Shown: positions 10,102 to 19,680, counted from the stretch's first letter. The stretch: DNA of 64,000 nucleotides from Candidatus Melainabacteria bacterium 17Bon1m (GCA_032128875.1 JAVLKG010000001.1:1090443-1154442); one strand, 5' to 3'. Numbers and translations: made by a program. The notes: generated from the sequence alone by a model not told the origin.

Positions 10102-12669
10102 ATGAAAGCGGTGATCATGGCGGGAGGATCTGGAACCCGGCTGAGACCTCTAACCAGCAACCTTCCGAAGCCAATGGTGCCGGTTTATAACGCGCCGATG
10201 GCGGAGCATATCGTCAATCTTTTGAAGACGCACGACTTCAAAGACATTATTTTTACCCTCCACTATTTGCCGGATTCGATTCGCGATCACTTTGGTGATG
10301 GAACCGATTTTGGTTGCAAGATTTCGTACTCGGTGGAAGAAGGAAAACCGCTTGGAACTGCGGGTTGCGTCAAGCAAATACAAGATCAGCTCGATTCTAC
10401 TTTCGTTGTTATTTCCGGTGACAGTTTGACCGACATGGACTTGACCAAAGCGGTCAAATTCCATAAAGAGAAGAAATCAAAGGCTACTTTGATCTTGAAA
10501 CGTGTTGAAAGTCCGCTCGATTATGGTGTGGTCATTGTCGACGGAGAGCAGCGCATCAAGCGCTTCGTAGAGAAGCCCGGTGCATCTGAGATTTTCTCCG
10601 ACACCGTCAATACCGGTACATATATTCTCGAGCCTGAAGTTATGCTCTATGTCATTCTGGGGCGTGAGCAAGACTTCTCCAACGACCTTTTCCCGCTTCT
10701 CCTTTTGAGAAACGAGCCCATGTACGGTTATGTTGATGATGGCTACTGGTGCGACATCGGTAACCTTGCCGTCTATCGCCAGGCTCACCAAGATGTGCTC
10801 GAAGGAAAAGTAAAACTCAAGAATCGCTCGTCAGAAATTCGTCCTGGTGTTTGGGTCGGAGAAGGCACCGAAATTGATGCTTCAGTGAAGATCGAACCGC
10901 CGGTCATCATCGGTCGCAACTGCCGTATTGGACGTGATGCAGAGATTGATCAATTCACGGTTTTGGGCGACAACGTTGTTGTTCAAGAGAAGGCCACTCT
11001 GAAGCGTCCGGTGATTTGGTCCAACTCTTATATCGGCAGCAATTCCAATTTAACGGCCTGCGTAATTTGCAACGGTGCGACAATTCATAATTCAGTTGAA
11101 ATTTTGGAAGGTGCCATAGTCGGCGCTAACAGCAATATTGGGCAAGAAGCTCAAATCAGCCCAGATGTGCGCATTTGGCCGGATAAACTTATTGATTCCG
11201 GCGCACGCGTAACTTCCTCTGTCATATGGGGAACCAAAGCACCACGCACCTTATTTGGTGCCCACGGTGTTCGTGGTTTGGCCAACATTGATATAACTCC
11301 GGAATTCGCAGTCAACCTGGCGGCTGCATACGGTTCTACCCTGAAGTCGGGACCAGTGCTGGTTAGCCGCGATTACTGGAGAGTCAGTCAAATGATTTCC
11401 AGAGCGGTCGTATCCGGTCTTGTTTCTGTCGGCGTCGAGGTTCAAAACCTTGAGTCTATGTCTTTGCCGATTGCTCGGTATTACGTCAAGACCCAGCGCG
11501 CAGCAGGTTTGATGCACATTCGTGTGTCTCAGAGAGAACCAGACAAACTCTCGATTGAATTCTTCGACAGCGAAGGCATTGCGATTACCAAAGCAATGGA
11601 GAGAAAAATCGAGACCACATTCTTCAAAGAGGACTTCCCTCGCTGCTTGCCTGCAGATGTAGGCAGCATCACCTTCCCGAGCCGCGTACGTGAATACTAT
11701 GCGGACGAATTCTTGAAGCACGTTAAGGGACAAGTTTTTGAAGAAGACAAAGTTCCATTCTGTATCGTGCCTGGAAGCAACTACACGAGAAAAACCAAAT
11801 CCGGTGCTATCGCAACACAAGCGCCCAAAGTTGTAATTGACTACGCGATGGCCGAGACCGGCGTACTGCTGCCGGACTTGCTTGGACAAATAGGTATTGA
11901 AACAGTTGTTCTCAACTCTTCAATCCGCAACATGCCACCACGTCCTGAAGAAAGAATCGGCATGCGTAAGCAACTGGCTGATGTGGTCAAGGCTCTCAAT
12001 GCGGAGCTTGGCGTACAGGTTGGACGCAATGGTGAACAAATGACATTGGTCGATGAGACCGGTCAGATTATTCGTGGCGAACTTCTTCTTGCCGTCGTTG
12101 CAGACATCATTCTGCGCGATAAGCCAGGGCGCTCTATAGTTGTGCCGGTCAACAGCAGTTCTTCAATCGAGCGTATTGCTGCTCGTTATAACTGCCGCGT
12201 AGTTCGCTGTAAAGCGTCGGAAACAGAAATCGGCAGCACCACAGCGAAGTTAGAAGGAGCAGTCCTGGGTGGAAGCGCAAACGGTTGCTTTATCTTCCCA
12301 GAATTCCAGAATGGCTATGACGCCATGTTCACGGTAGGACAAGTTCTCGAACATTTGACCTACCAGGGACGTACGTTAAGTGAAGCAGTCGCAGACTTGC
12401 CGCCGCTCATCTATCAAGTCGATTCTGTTCACTGCCCGTGGGAAAGAAAGGGTCGCGTAATGCGTCTCCTGGTGGAAAAACATCAGGATCGACCGATGGA
12501 GCTTTTGGACGGCGTTAAGATTCAGACTCGCCCAGAGCACTGGATTTTGGTCTTGCCAGATGCGGTAGAGCCGCTTGTGCACGTCTATGCCGACGGCTTG
12601 GACTTGCAGCAGACCTCAGCCGACTTAAATGAATACACTCAACTAGTCCGTTATCTCCAAAACGCCTAG
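10102..12669 (+). CDS. Mannose-1-phosphate guanylyltransferase fused to a left-handed beta-helix and a degenerate phosphomannomutase-like domain
   Basis: 'MAGGSGTRLRPLT...PKPMVP', hexapeptide repeats, then 'LFGAHGVRG' PGM/PMM fold; GGAGGT RBS before ATG 10102. Confidence 0.9.
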   Translation: MKAVIMAGGSGTRLRPLTSNLPKPMVPVYNAPMAEHIVNLLKTHDFKDIIFTLHYLPDSIRDHFGDGTDFGCKISYSVEEGKPLGTAGCVKQIQDQLDSTFVVISGDSLTDMDLTKAVKFHKEKKSKATLILKRVESPLDYGVVIVDGEQRIKRFVEKPGASEIFSDTVNTGTYILEPEVMLYVILGREQDFSNDLFPLLLLRNEPMYGYVDDGYWCDIGNLAVYRQAHQDVLEGKVKLKNRSSEIRPGVWVGEGTEIDASVKIEPPVIIGRNCRIGRDAEIDQFTVLGDNVVVQEKATLKRPVIWSNSYIGSNSNLTACVICNGATIHNSVEILEGAIVGANSNIGQEAQISPDVRIWPDKLIDSGARVTSSVIWGTKAPRTLFGAHGVRGLANIDITPEFAVNLAAAYGSTLKSGPVLVSRDYWRVSQMISRAVVSGLVSVGVEVQNLESMSLPIARYYVKTQRAAGLMHIRVSQREPDKLSIEFFDSEGIAITKAMERKIETTFFKEDFPRCLPADVGSITFPSRVREYYADEFLKHVKGQVFEEDKVPFCIVPGSNYTRKTKSGAIATQAPKVVIDYAMAETGVLLPDLLGQIGIETVVLNSSIRNMPPRPEERIGMRKQLADVVKALNAELGVQVGRNGEQMTLVDETGQIIRGELLLAVVADIILRDKPGRSIVVPVNSSSSIERIAARYNCRVVRCKASETEIGSTTAKLEGAVLGGSANGCFIFPEFQNGYDAMFTVGQVLEHLTYQGRTLSEAVADLPPLIYQVDSVHCPWERKGRVMRLLVEKHQDRPMELLDGVKIQTRPEHWILVLPDAVEPLVHVYADGLDLQQTSADLNEYTQLVRYLQNA

Positions 12670-12697
12670 CTATCGTGGGGGCGTTGAGTACCGTGTC

Positions 12698-14695
12698 GTG
12701 AGTTCGCAAGACGAAATCAAAACCGGCGAAGTCTCTATTAATGACCGGACTTTAGTCAATGTGTCCGACAATCCAGCCTTGGCTGATCCGCTTGTGCAAA
12801 ATCAGTTGAGCGAAGGTCAGGTTCTCGCCGGTAAGTACAAGATTGTGCAATACGTCGGCGCTGGCGGAATGAGCGTTGTATATAAAGCTCGCGATCAAGT
12901 TTTGTCCCGAGATGTTGCTATCAAAATGCTTTCCGCTTCGCGTGTTTCAGACGATAAGAGCGTTCGTAGATTTCACCAGGAAGGCACAGCGGTTGGACGG
13001 CTCAACCACCAAAACATTGTTAGTGTTTACGATGTTGGGCTAACGGAGAACGGCGAGCCGTTTCTCGTCATGGATTTTGCAAAAGGAAAAACACTTACTG
13101 AGCTAGTCAGTTTTTCCGGAAGATGTTCACCGCTGCGTGCTTTGCATCTCATCAATAATGTTCTCGATGCACTGGTGCACGCTCATGAAAAGGGCGTTGT
13201 ACACAGGGATTTGAAGCCCGGCAACATAATTGTTTCCAATCCCGGAGAGGCAAATGAGTTTGCCAGAGTTTTCGATTTTGGCATTGCAAAACTCATGCCC
13301 GGAGCTGATACCACCAGTAGTGAACTGACTCAAACTGGAGAAATCTTTGGAAGTCCGCTCTATATGAGCCCTGAACAGTGTCTTGGTAAGGCTCTCGATG
13401 GGCGCTCAGATATCTATTCTGTTGGTTGTATTCTCTTTGAATTACTTGTCGGTCATCCGCCACATCAAGCAGAGACTTCTGTTGAAACGATCATCAAACA
13501 TGTTCAAGACCAAGCGAAATCGCTCAAAGAATCTTGCCCAGGAGCAAGATTTGATGAGGGTCTTGAAGATGTAGTTCGCAAAGCATTATGCAAAAATCCT
13601 GCAGATAGATTTCAAACTTCAAAAGAGATGAAAGATGCAATTGAGCAATTGATTGATGCTTCGAATAGTTCACGTTTGGAAGCGACCCAAAGACAAAAAT
13701 TGTTTGGTCTATTCGAAAAGGATTTACTAACCGTCGGGATCGTTGGTGGACTCTGCGTCTTGGGCATAGTCTTGATCGGCGTACTGGGCTGGTTTACATT
13801 TTCTTCTTTCTCGCAGAAGAACAAACCGCTGCGCACGGATATGAATTCGGGCATGATGCGTTATGCGGTCGATGAAGCTCAAAAAATTACCGAGCGCGAA
13901 AACCTTGGTGCTGACGAACGTGACCAATCGTTCCATTTCCCTGACGGTACTGCTGCTCTCTCCTATCAAGACATTGATGACACCGTTGTCGGCAAACTGA
14001 CAAATACAGCTGGCATCAGCAAAATCGACATTAACCACAGCAGAGTGACAGCGTCTAAATTGTTGCTCAGTTACTTTTCGCGCCTGGAAGCAACATCCGT
14101 GAACATGGTGGGAAGCAAGTTTGATTTGGAGTTCTTGCGCGCCTTGTCGCGAATGAAAACGCTTCGTGTCCTGGAGATCTCTGACTTGGAGGAGCCGCTG
14201 ACTGAGGCGCAAATGGAGCTTATCTGCGACGTGCCTACCCTGCAAGAACTTTGGTTGAGCCGTTCCATAGAATCAGACGAGGCGCTCAAACCCATTGTTA
14301 AGCTCAAAAATCTTCTCACGCTCGATTTGTCGAGGTGTAAGGTCACGGACAAAGCGATGGAGTACGTAGGTCAGTGTCAAGCCTTGCTTCGCCTGGATAT
14401 GAACGGTGCCAGGGTGAGTGGCACAGGTCTGCGAAGACTCGCCGGTTTAAAGAAGCTGACGTCTCTCGATATAGCCAACAATCGAATGTCCGACCAAGAC
14501 GTTGACGGGATTTGTGCTTTGTCTGGTCTGAGGAATTTAAACCTCGAAGGCAATAACATTACGGACTCAGGACTAATGAATCTCACTAAGCTGAAGAAGC
14601 TGGCGGTCCTGCGACTGGAGCGATGCCCGAAAATTACGCACAGCGGTATTTCGAAGTTTCTCGCGGTGCTGCCCCATTGCTCGGTTAAGCGATAG
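12698..14695 (+). CDS. Hanks-type Ser/Thr kinase with TM helix and C-terminal leucine-rich repeats
   Basis: GAGGMS, VAIK, HRDLKPGN, DFG, 'GSPLYMSPEQ'; TM 'LLTVGIVGGLCVLGIVLIGVLGWF'; LxxLxL repeats. Confidence 0.93.
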   Translation: MSSQDEIKTGEVSINDRTLVNVSDNPALADPLVQNQLSEGQVLAGKYKIVQYVGAGGMSVVYKARDQVLSRDVAIKMLSASRVSDDKSVRRFHQEGTAVGRLNHQNIVSVYDVGLTENGEPFLVMDFAKGKTLTELVSFSGRCSPLRALHLINNVLDALVHAHEKGVVHRDLKPGNIIVSNPGEANEFARVFDFGIAKLMPGADTTSSELTQTGEIFGSPLYMSPEQCLGKALDGRSDIYSVGCILFELLVGHPPHQAETSVETIIKHVQDQAKSLKESCPGARFDEGLEDVVRKALCKNPADRFQTSKEMKDAIEQLIDASNSSRLEATQRQKLFGLFEKDLLTVGIVGGLCVLGIVLIGVLGWFTFSSFSQKNKPLRTDMNSGMMRYAVDEAQKITERENLGADERDQSFHFPDGTAALSYQDIDDTVVGKLTNTAGISKIDINHSRVTASKLLLSYFSRLEATSVNMVGSKFDLEFLRALSRMKTLRVLEISDLEEPLTEAQMELICDVPTLQELWLSRSIESDEALKPIVKLKNLLTLDLSRCKVTDKAMEYVGQCQALLRLDMNGARVSGTGLRRLAGLKKLTSLDIANNRMSDQDVDGICALSGLRNLNLEGNNITDSGLMNLTKLKKLAVLRLERCPKITHSGISKFLAVLPHCSVKR

Positions 14696-14834
14696 GACGA
14701 CTGGACCGATAATATGGTGGAAACGCAGCGGGGCACGAATCCCCGTTTCGAGTGATTTTTGCCGCATTCTCGAGGTGAAACGTCGTCCGCCCCAGCAAAT
14801 CAGTGTTTCAGCTTGCTGCATAGAACCATAAAGT

Positions 14835-14861
14835 GGTTTTGACCTTTAAATGTAAGGGTAA
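14835..14861 (+). promoter_or_regulatory. Candidate SigB/SigF-type promoter (GGTTT-N16-GGGTAA)
   Basis: GGTTT at 14835-14839 and GGGTAA at 14856-14861, upstream of AAGGAGG RBS and ATG 14920. Confidence 0.45.
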
Positions 14862-14919
14862 AGGATACTTTGAGACTGGTTGCAAAAAATTGGCTTGCAG
14901 CCGAAAAGGAGGCCGTCTG

Positions 14920-15723
14920 ATGTGGGAGAAGAAAGAGAATCCCAAGGGCAAGGGATCTCGAAAGGATGGCGATAAGCGCAAATTCCTGGATGCCCATCCG
15001 GCTAAGCCGAAAGGTCCTTCGGGGCAGGGTGGCGGCGTTACTCCTGAAAGCGTGCAGTTTCACGCCATGCAGCAGTCGGACCAGATTGCCAACGTAGCGC
15101 AACAAGTTTTGGTCTATCACGAGTCATCGGACGGAGCCACAAACAGCGGTACCGATTGGATGAGCCGTCTGAAAGAAGAGTCTATGAACTTCCTGGCAGA
15201 GCAGCGGGGTGTTCAGCTTCAGCAGCTTTACAGAGAAGCGGCTTATAAAAAAGGCGTGGAAGTCCTCGTAGATAAGATTTACGGACTGCTTCAGCGCTAT
15301 GCCTTTGAGTTTAACCAGATAGCCGGCGGAACCGAATTGCACGTATCCGGCACCATATCCGGTGACGTGACCGAGGCTACCAAGGTTAACCGGATGAGAG
15401 AAATTGAGGAGACCGAAACCTTCTTCCGTGCCAGATTCTCAACCAAGCTTTTCAGCCTCGTGGTTCGTGGCAAAGACGACCATATAGATTTTTATCTGCT
15501 GCCGACCAGTCGCATGTTGGCGGGCAGCCTGGTCGAAGGTGAATATAAACCAATTTCCACCTTGCAAGTGCGTATCGCGGAGCAGGGCATGATGTGGCGC
15601 ATGGCTGATGCCATTCCTCCTGTGGACAATCTCGATAAGCTCTGTATGTGGCTGTTTACCACCCTTATTGAAGAAACCAAGGAAGCCACGAAAGACGAAG
15701 AAGATGAAGGCAAAAAAGCGTAA
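14920..15723 (+). CDS. Hypothetical protein
   Basis: AAGGAGG RBS before ATG 14920; 267-codon ORF with globular alpha/beta-like composition; no recognised motif. Confidence 0.75.
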   Translation: MWEKKENPKGKGSRKDGDKRKFLDAHPAKPKGPSGQGGGVTPESVQFHAMQQSDQIANVAQQVLVYHESSDGATNSGTDWMSRLKEESMNFLAEQRGVQLQQLYREAAYKKGVEVLVDKIYGLLQRYAFEFNQIAGGTELHVSGTISGDVTEATKVNRMREIEETETFFRARFSTKLFSLVVRGKDDHIDFYLLPTSRMLAGSLVEGEYKPISTLQVRIAEQGMMWRMADAIPPVDNLDKLCMWLFTTLIEETKEATKDEEDEGKKA

Positions 15724-15811
15724 AGGTAGATATTTGTTAGTTTGGTGGTAATAATCTCATAGGGACCCCGGGGGTCTAACTGTTTTTGTCCGGAGTTTCT
15801 GGAGTCGCTAT

Positions 15812-16777
15812 ATGTCCATCAATCCTGAAATGCTGAAGCAGCTTCTCGAAGAATTCAACGAGAAGGAAGCTCTTAATGCTGCTGAAATCAATGTTGTCGA
15901 GCAGCAGATTGTGGAAATGGAGCAAAGAATAGTCGAAGTCAAAGCAAAGCTTCAGACTGTGGCGGCTGACAGAGAAAAAGTGACAGCGATGATGACCCGC
16001 CATACCGCGGGGGGCGATTGGACTCTGCCTGCCGACGTTCTGGCTGCATCTCCCGCCGCTGCTGCAGCTGCAGCATCTTCCCAGGCTTCGACGGCAGCAC
16101 CCGCCCCGACGCCTGCCGCCTCAGCACCCGCTGCTGCTGTAGCTCCGACCGCACCTCCGGCAATGCCGGCTCCACCAAAACCTACATCCACTTCACAAGC
16201 GCTTGCTGCCCTGGCAAAGCCTGCCCCGCAAGCTGCCGAGCCTGTGCCCGCTCCTGCCGCAGCACCGGCGCCTGCCGTAAATCCAGCTCTGGCTCCGACC
16301 TCAGCAACCTCCTCCGGGGTTTTCGCGGTTCCCGCTCCGGCTCCAAGTAGCGCCCTGTTCTCATCTCCTCCTCCAGGCGATATTCCGGGCACGGTCTCCG
16401 GAACGTTCCAGCCCGTCACTCAACCTACTGCATCGGGCACTTTCCCTGCGGTTGCTTCTGCTCCTGCTCAACCTGCTCCGTCTCAACCGGCAGTCTCTCC
16501 ACAACCTTTCCAACCGGCGCCGCCTACAGGATTTCCGCCGCCGTCCCCCCTGCAGGCAGATACGACTGCCAATCCTTTTGCATCTTCTGCTCCTTCTGCG
16601 CCTCCCGCTCCTCAGCCTTACGCTCAGATGCCGCAGGGGCAGATGCCTCAGGGTTTTGAAACTGCCCCGGGCGTTCCGGCCGCCGACCCTACGACCGCTC
16701 AGCCTGCTGCCGAGGGCGAAGAGGATGAGGAAACCGTCAGAGATATCAACGATGCTCTGCGCGGTCTTTTCCGTTAA
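15812..16777 (+). CDS. Coiled-coil / Pro-Ala-rich disordered hypothetical protein
   Basis: N-terminal ~65 aa heptad helix, ~230 aa P/A/S/Q-rich linker, C-terminal 'TVRDINDALRGLFR'; GGAG RBS. Confidence 0.75.
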   Translation: MSINPEMLKQLLEEFNEKEALNAAEINVVEQQIVEMEQRIVEVKAKLQTVAADREKVTAMMTRHTAGGDWTLPADVLAASPAAAAAAASSQASTAAPAPTPAASAPAAAVAPTAPPAMPAPPKPTSTSQALAALAKPAPQAAEPVPAPAAAPAPAVNPALAPTSATSSGVFAVPAPAPSSALFSSPPPGDIPGTVSGTFQPVTQPTASGTFPAVASAPAQPAPSQPAVSPQPFQPAPPTGFPPPSPLQADTTANPFASSAPSAPPAPQPYAQMPQGQMPQGFETAPGVPAADPTTAQPAAEGEEDEETVRDINDALRGLFR

Positions 16778-16794
16778 ACCAAATCTTGGAAGTT

Positions 16795-16840
16795 CGCTTA
16801 CATAGAAATCATGATTCCTGCGCTTACACAGAAATCATGA
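16795..16840. repeat. 20-bp direct repeat pair (period 26)
   Basis: CGCTTACATAGAAATCATGA (16795-16814) and CGCTTACACAGAAATCATGA (16821-16840), one mismatch. Confidence 0.85.
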
Positions 16841-16983
16841 GACTTTCGAGCCGCTTTGCTAACATATGCGCCCGCACGTGCATTTGAGCGGCTTCCGACT
16901 CCAGTGCCCGGTGTCGCGTATTTTCGATTGCTTACTTGCAAATCAGTTGCAGTGTCCCAACCCATTTCAAAACGGCAGAACCA

Positions 16984-17196
16984 ATGAAACAAATTCCTTC
17001 CATGATGGCCGGCGTCGTTGTAGAACTCCTCGTTAAGCCCGGAGATTCAGTCTCTGACGGCATGGACGTAGCCATCCTCGAATCGATGAAAATGCAGTTG
17101 CCAGTGCAGTCCAATACTGCAGGCACTGTAAAAGCTGTCAAAGTCGCAGCCGGAGACTTCGTCAATGAAGGCGACGCGCTCATGGAACTTGAATAA
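16984..17196 (+). CDS. Stand-alone biotin carboxyl carrier protein
   Basis: 70 aa with biotinylation motif 'LESMKMQ' and 'VKPGDSV'/'VAAGDFV' hairpins. Confidence 0.9.
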   Translation: MKQIPSMMAGVVVELLVKPGDSVSDGMDVAILESMKMQLPVQSNTAGTVKAVKVAAGDFVNEGDALMELE

Positions 17197-17231
17197 TAGA
17201 TATTAGTGACACTCATTGAGGAAGGCACACC

Positions 17232-18188
17232 ATGCTTGAGACTATTCCCAAGCAAGTAAGAATAGTGGAAGTCGGACCCAGAGACGGTTTGCAGAACGAA
17301 GCTCGTCATATTCCGACTGCCGACAAAGTGCGTCTCATTGAAGCGCTTGCCGCATCTGGCCTGAAAAACATCGAGGTCACATCCTTCGTAAGTCCGAAGT
17401 GGATTCCGCAGCTCGCGGACGGTTTGGATGTTTGCCGCTCGCTCAATTTGCCATCCGATGTGATTAAGACGGCGCTGGTGCCGAACGCGAAGGGCTACGA
17501 ATCAGCGAATGAAGCAGGTTTGTCGCATATCGCGCTCTTCATGTCTGCAACCGAATCGCATAGCAAGAAGAACATCAACAAGTCGGTGGATGAAGCGTTA
17601 TCGACTTTGGGAGAGCTTGCTAAGCAAGCCAAATCCGATGGCAAATGGGTGCGTTGCTATTTGTCTGTCGTGTTTGAGTGTCCTTATGAAGGGACTGTGA
17701 AACCTGATCAGGTCGCTAGAATTACCGACAAGCTCGTCGAAATGGGCGTTGACGAGATCTCGCTGGGAGACACCATTGGTGCGGCAACTCCTCGTCAGGT
17801 CGAGAATGTCGTAAAGCTTATTTTGCGCAGCACTGATATTTCCAAACTCGCATTGCACTTCCACGATACTAGAGGAACCGCTCTGGCAAACGTTCTTGCC
17901 GGATTGGAATTAGGCATCTCAATTTTTGATTCCAGCCTGGGTGGCATGGGCGGCTGCCCGTATGCACCTGGTGCTGCCGGCAATCTTGCTACTGAAGACC
18001 TCGTCTACATGCTCGACGGCATGGGTGTGAAGACTGGTGTTGATTTGGAAAAACTGGTGGATGCCGGTTGTCTTGCCGAACAGTTATTAGAGAAAAAACT
18101 TCCTGGGAGGTATTTGCGGGCATGCCTGTCGACGAGAGAGAAAGAAAGTTGCAGCAAGGCGAGCACGGCAAGTGCAGTGAAGCAGTAA
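17232..18188 (+). CDS. Hydroxymethylglutaryl-CoA lyase
   Basis: 'VEVGPRDGLQNE', 'HFHDTRG', 'GGCPYAPGAAGNLATED'. Confidence 0.95.
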   Translation: MLETIPKQVRIVEVGPRDGLQNEARHIPTADKVRLIEALAASGLKNIEVTSFVSPKWIPQLADGLDVCRSLNLPSDVIKTALVPNAKGYESANEAGLSHIALFMSATESHSKKNINKSVDEALSTLGELAKQAKSDGKWVRCYLSVVFECPYEGTVKPDQVARITDKLVEMGVDEISLGDTIGAATPRQVENVVKLILRSTDISKLALHFHDTRGTALANVLAGLELGISIFDSSLGGMGGCPYAPGAAGNLATEDLVYMLDGMGVKTGVDLEKLVDAGCLAEQLLEKKLPGRYLRACLSTREKESCSKASTASAVKQ

Positions 18189-18205
18189 ACAGCGGGGAAA
18201 AATCC

Positions 18206-19018
18206 TTGGACAGCGAACAGGTCTTGTTAGTAGAACGTGAAGGTGAGATTGCCTGGTTCAAACTGAATCGTGGCAAAGTGATGAACTGCCTCAATCGCCC
18301 GCTTTTGAAAGCCCTGATTGAAGCCTGCCACGAAGTCGCTAAAGACCGTAGCGTTCGTGTCGTTGTTATCATCGGCGCAGGTAAGAAAGCATTTTGCGCA
18401 GGCGCAGATTTGGCAGAGCGCAAAGGTATGACACAAGCTGAAACTCTCGATTATCTCGCTTTGATTCAAAAGACAATGCGCACAATCGAAACGTTGCCTC
18501 AACCAGTCATCTGCGCCATCAATGGTTCTGCCTATGGTGGAGGAACAGAACTGGCCCTCTCTTGCGACCTCAGAGTCATGGTTGAAGAAGCGCAGTTGCG
18601 TCTTACTGAGGTTAAGCTCGGTATCATACCTGGTGCTGGCGGCACTCAACGCTTGCCTCGTCTCATCGGCAAATCCAAAGCCAAAGAGATGATTCTAACC
18701 GGCGCCCCAATCAATGCTTTTGAAGGTCAACAATTTGGTCTCATTCACAAAGTCGTGACCGAGAAGGGACCGGACGACGCAGAATTCAACCCCGCGCTCA
18801 TGGATACAGTCCGTGAGTGGGTGAAGGAAATTGCCACTGGAGCACCGCTCTCTCTGGCTGCCGCCAAAGAAGCTATCGACAACGGTTATGACCGCGATCT
18901 CGAAGCCGGTTTGGCACTGGAAACCAAGTCTTATTTGACGTTACTCAACACGAAGGACCGTTTGGAAGGTCTCGCCGCTTTTGCAGAAAAGAGAAAGCCT
19001 GTTTATGTAGGAGAATAA
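18206..19018 (+). CDS. Enoyl-CoA hydratase (probable methylglutaconyl-CoA hydratase)
   Basis: 'AFCAGADLAER', 'GGGTELALSCD', 'LGIIPGAGGTQRLPRL'; TTG start 18206 after GGGG avoids overlap with the lyase. Confidence 0.9.
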   Translation: MDSEQVLLVEREGEIAWFKLNRGKVMNCLNRPLLKALIEACHEVAKDRSVRVVVIIGAGKKAFCAGADLAERKGMTQAETLDYLALIQKTMRTIETLPQPVICAINGSAYGGGTELALSCDLRVMVEEAQLRLTEVKLGIIPGAGGTQRLPRLIGKSKAKEMILTGAPINAFEGQQFGLIHKVVTEKGPDDAEFNPALMDTVREWVKEIATGAPLSLAAAKEAIDNGYDRDLEAGLALETKSYLTLLNTKDRLEGLAAFAEKRKPVYVGE

Positions 19019-19020
19019 TC

Positions 19021-19680
19021 TTGGATTTCCTCATCGACTCTCCAACGCGCGAACCGTTGCCGCTTCAGGTGACCGGGCTGATTTTGTCCGGCGGCAAGAG
19101 CAAGCGCATGGGCAGACCGAAAGCCTTCCTGCCATTTGAAGGGTCGACTGTAATTGGACACATCGTCCACGAAATAAAAGATCTGTTCAACGAGATATTC
19201 ATTGTCGCCAACGAAGTGGAGAGTTTCGAAGACCTCGGCGTGGACGTCGTGAAGGATATTCTGCCGCACCGCGGACCGTTGGGCGGGATACTTTCCGGCT
19301 TGATGACTTCTAGCAATCACTACGCATTTGTCATGGCCTGTGACATGCCGCTCATCGACAAACGTCTCGTTCGCGAGCTGGTTTCGCGCCGCCAGGACAA
19401 CGACGTAGTTGTTCTTTCTCACCCTCAGGGTATTGAACCATTGTTCGGCGTTTATTCTAAAAACTGCATCAAGCCGCTTGAAGAGTCACTCTTTGCGGGT
19501 AATCTATCCGTACAAGACTTCTTGTCAGGTTTGAAAGCCGGTATCTATGAATGGATGCCTGAGCGCTCAGATGCCGATGCGCTGCCGCCGTTTTTCAACA
19601 TCAATACTCCGCAGGACTATTCCCGCGTGATTGCAAGAGCGGGGATGGGTGTTTCCATCCTGCCAGAACGCCGCCCGTAA
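19021..19680 (+). CDS. mobA: Molybdenum cofactor guanylyltransferase
   Basis: 'ILSGGKSKRMGRPKA', 'GPLGGI', 'ACDMP', 'NINTPQD'. Confidence 0.9.
   Translation: MDFLIDSPTREPLPLQVTGLILSGGKSKRMGRPKAFLPFEGSTVIGHIVHEIKDLFNEIFIVANEVESFEDLGVDVVKDILPHRGPLGGILSGLMTSSNHYAFVMACDMPLIDKRLVRELVSRRQDNDVVVLSHPQGIEPLFGVYSKNCIKPLEESLFAGNLSVQDFLSGLKAGIYEWMPERSDADALPPFFNINTPQDYSRVIARAGMGVSILPERRP

Noticed and set aside
14695-14790. tRNA-like T-arm (CGGGG-CACGAAT-CCCCG) inside a possibly structured region closed by GGACGAC/GTCGTCC
   Set aside because: The loop lacks TTC and no acceptor or anticodon arms can be built. A structured UTR remains possible but is unsupported.
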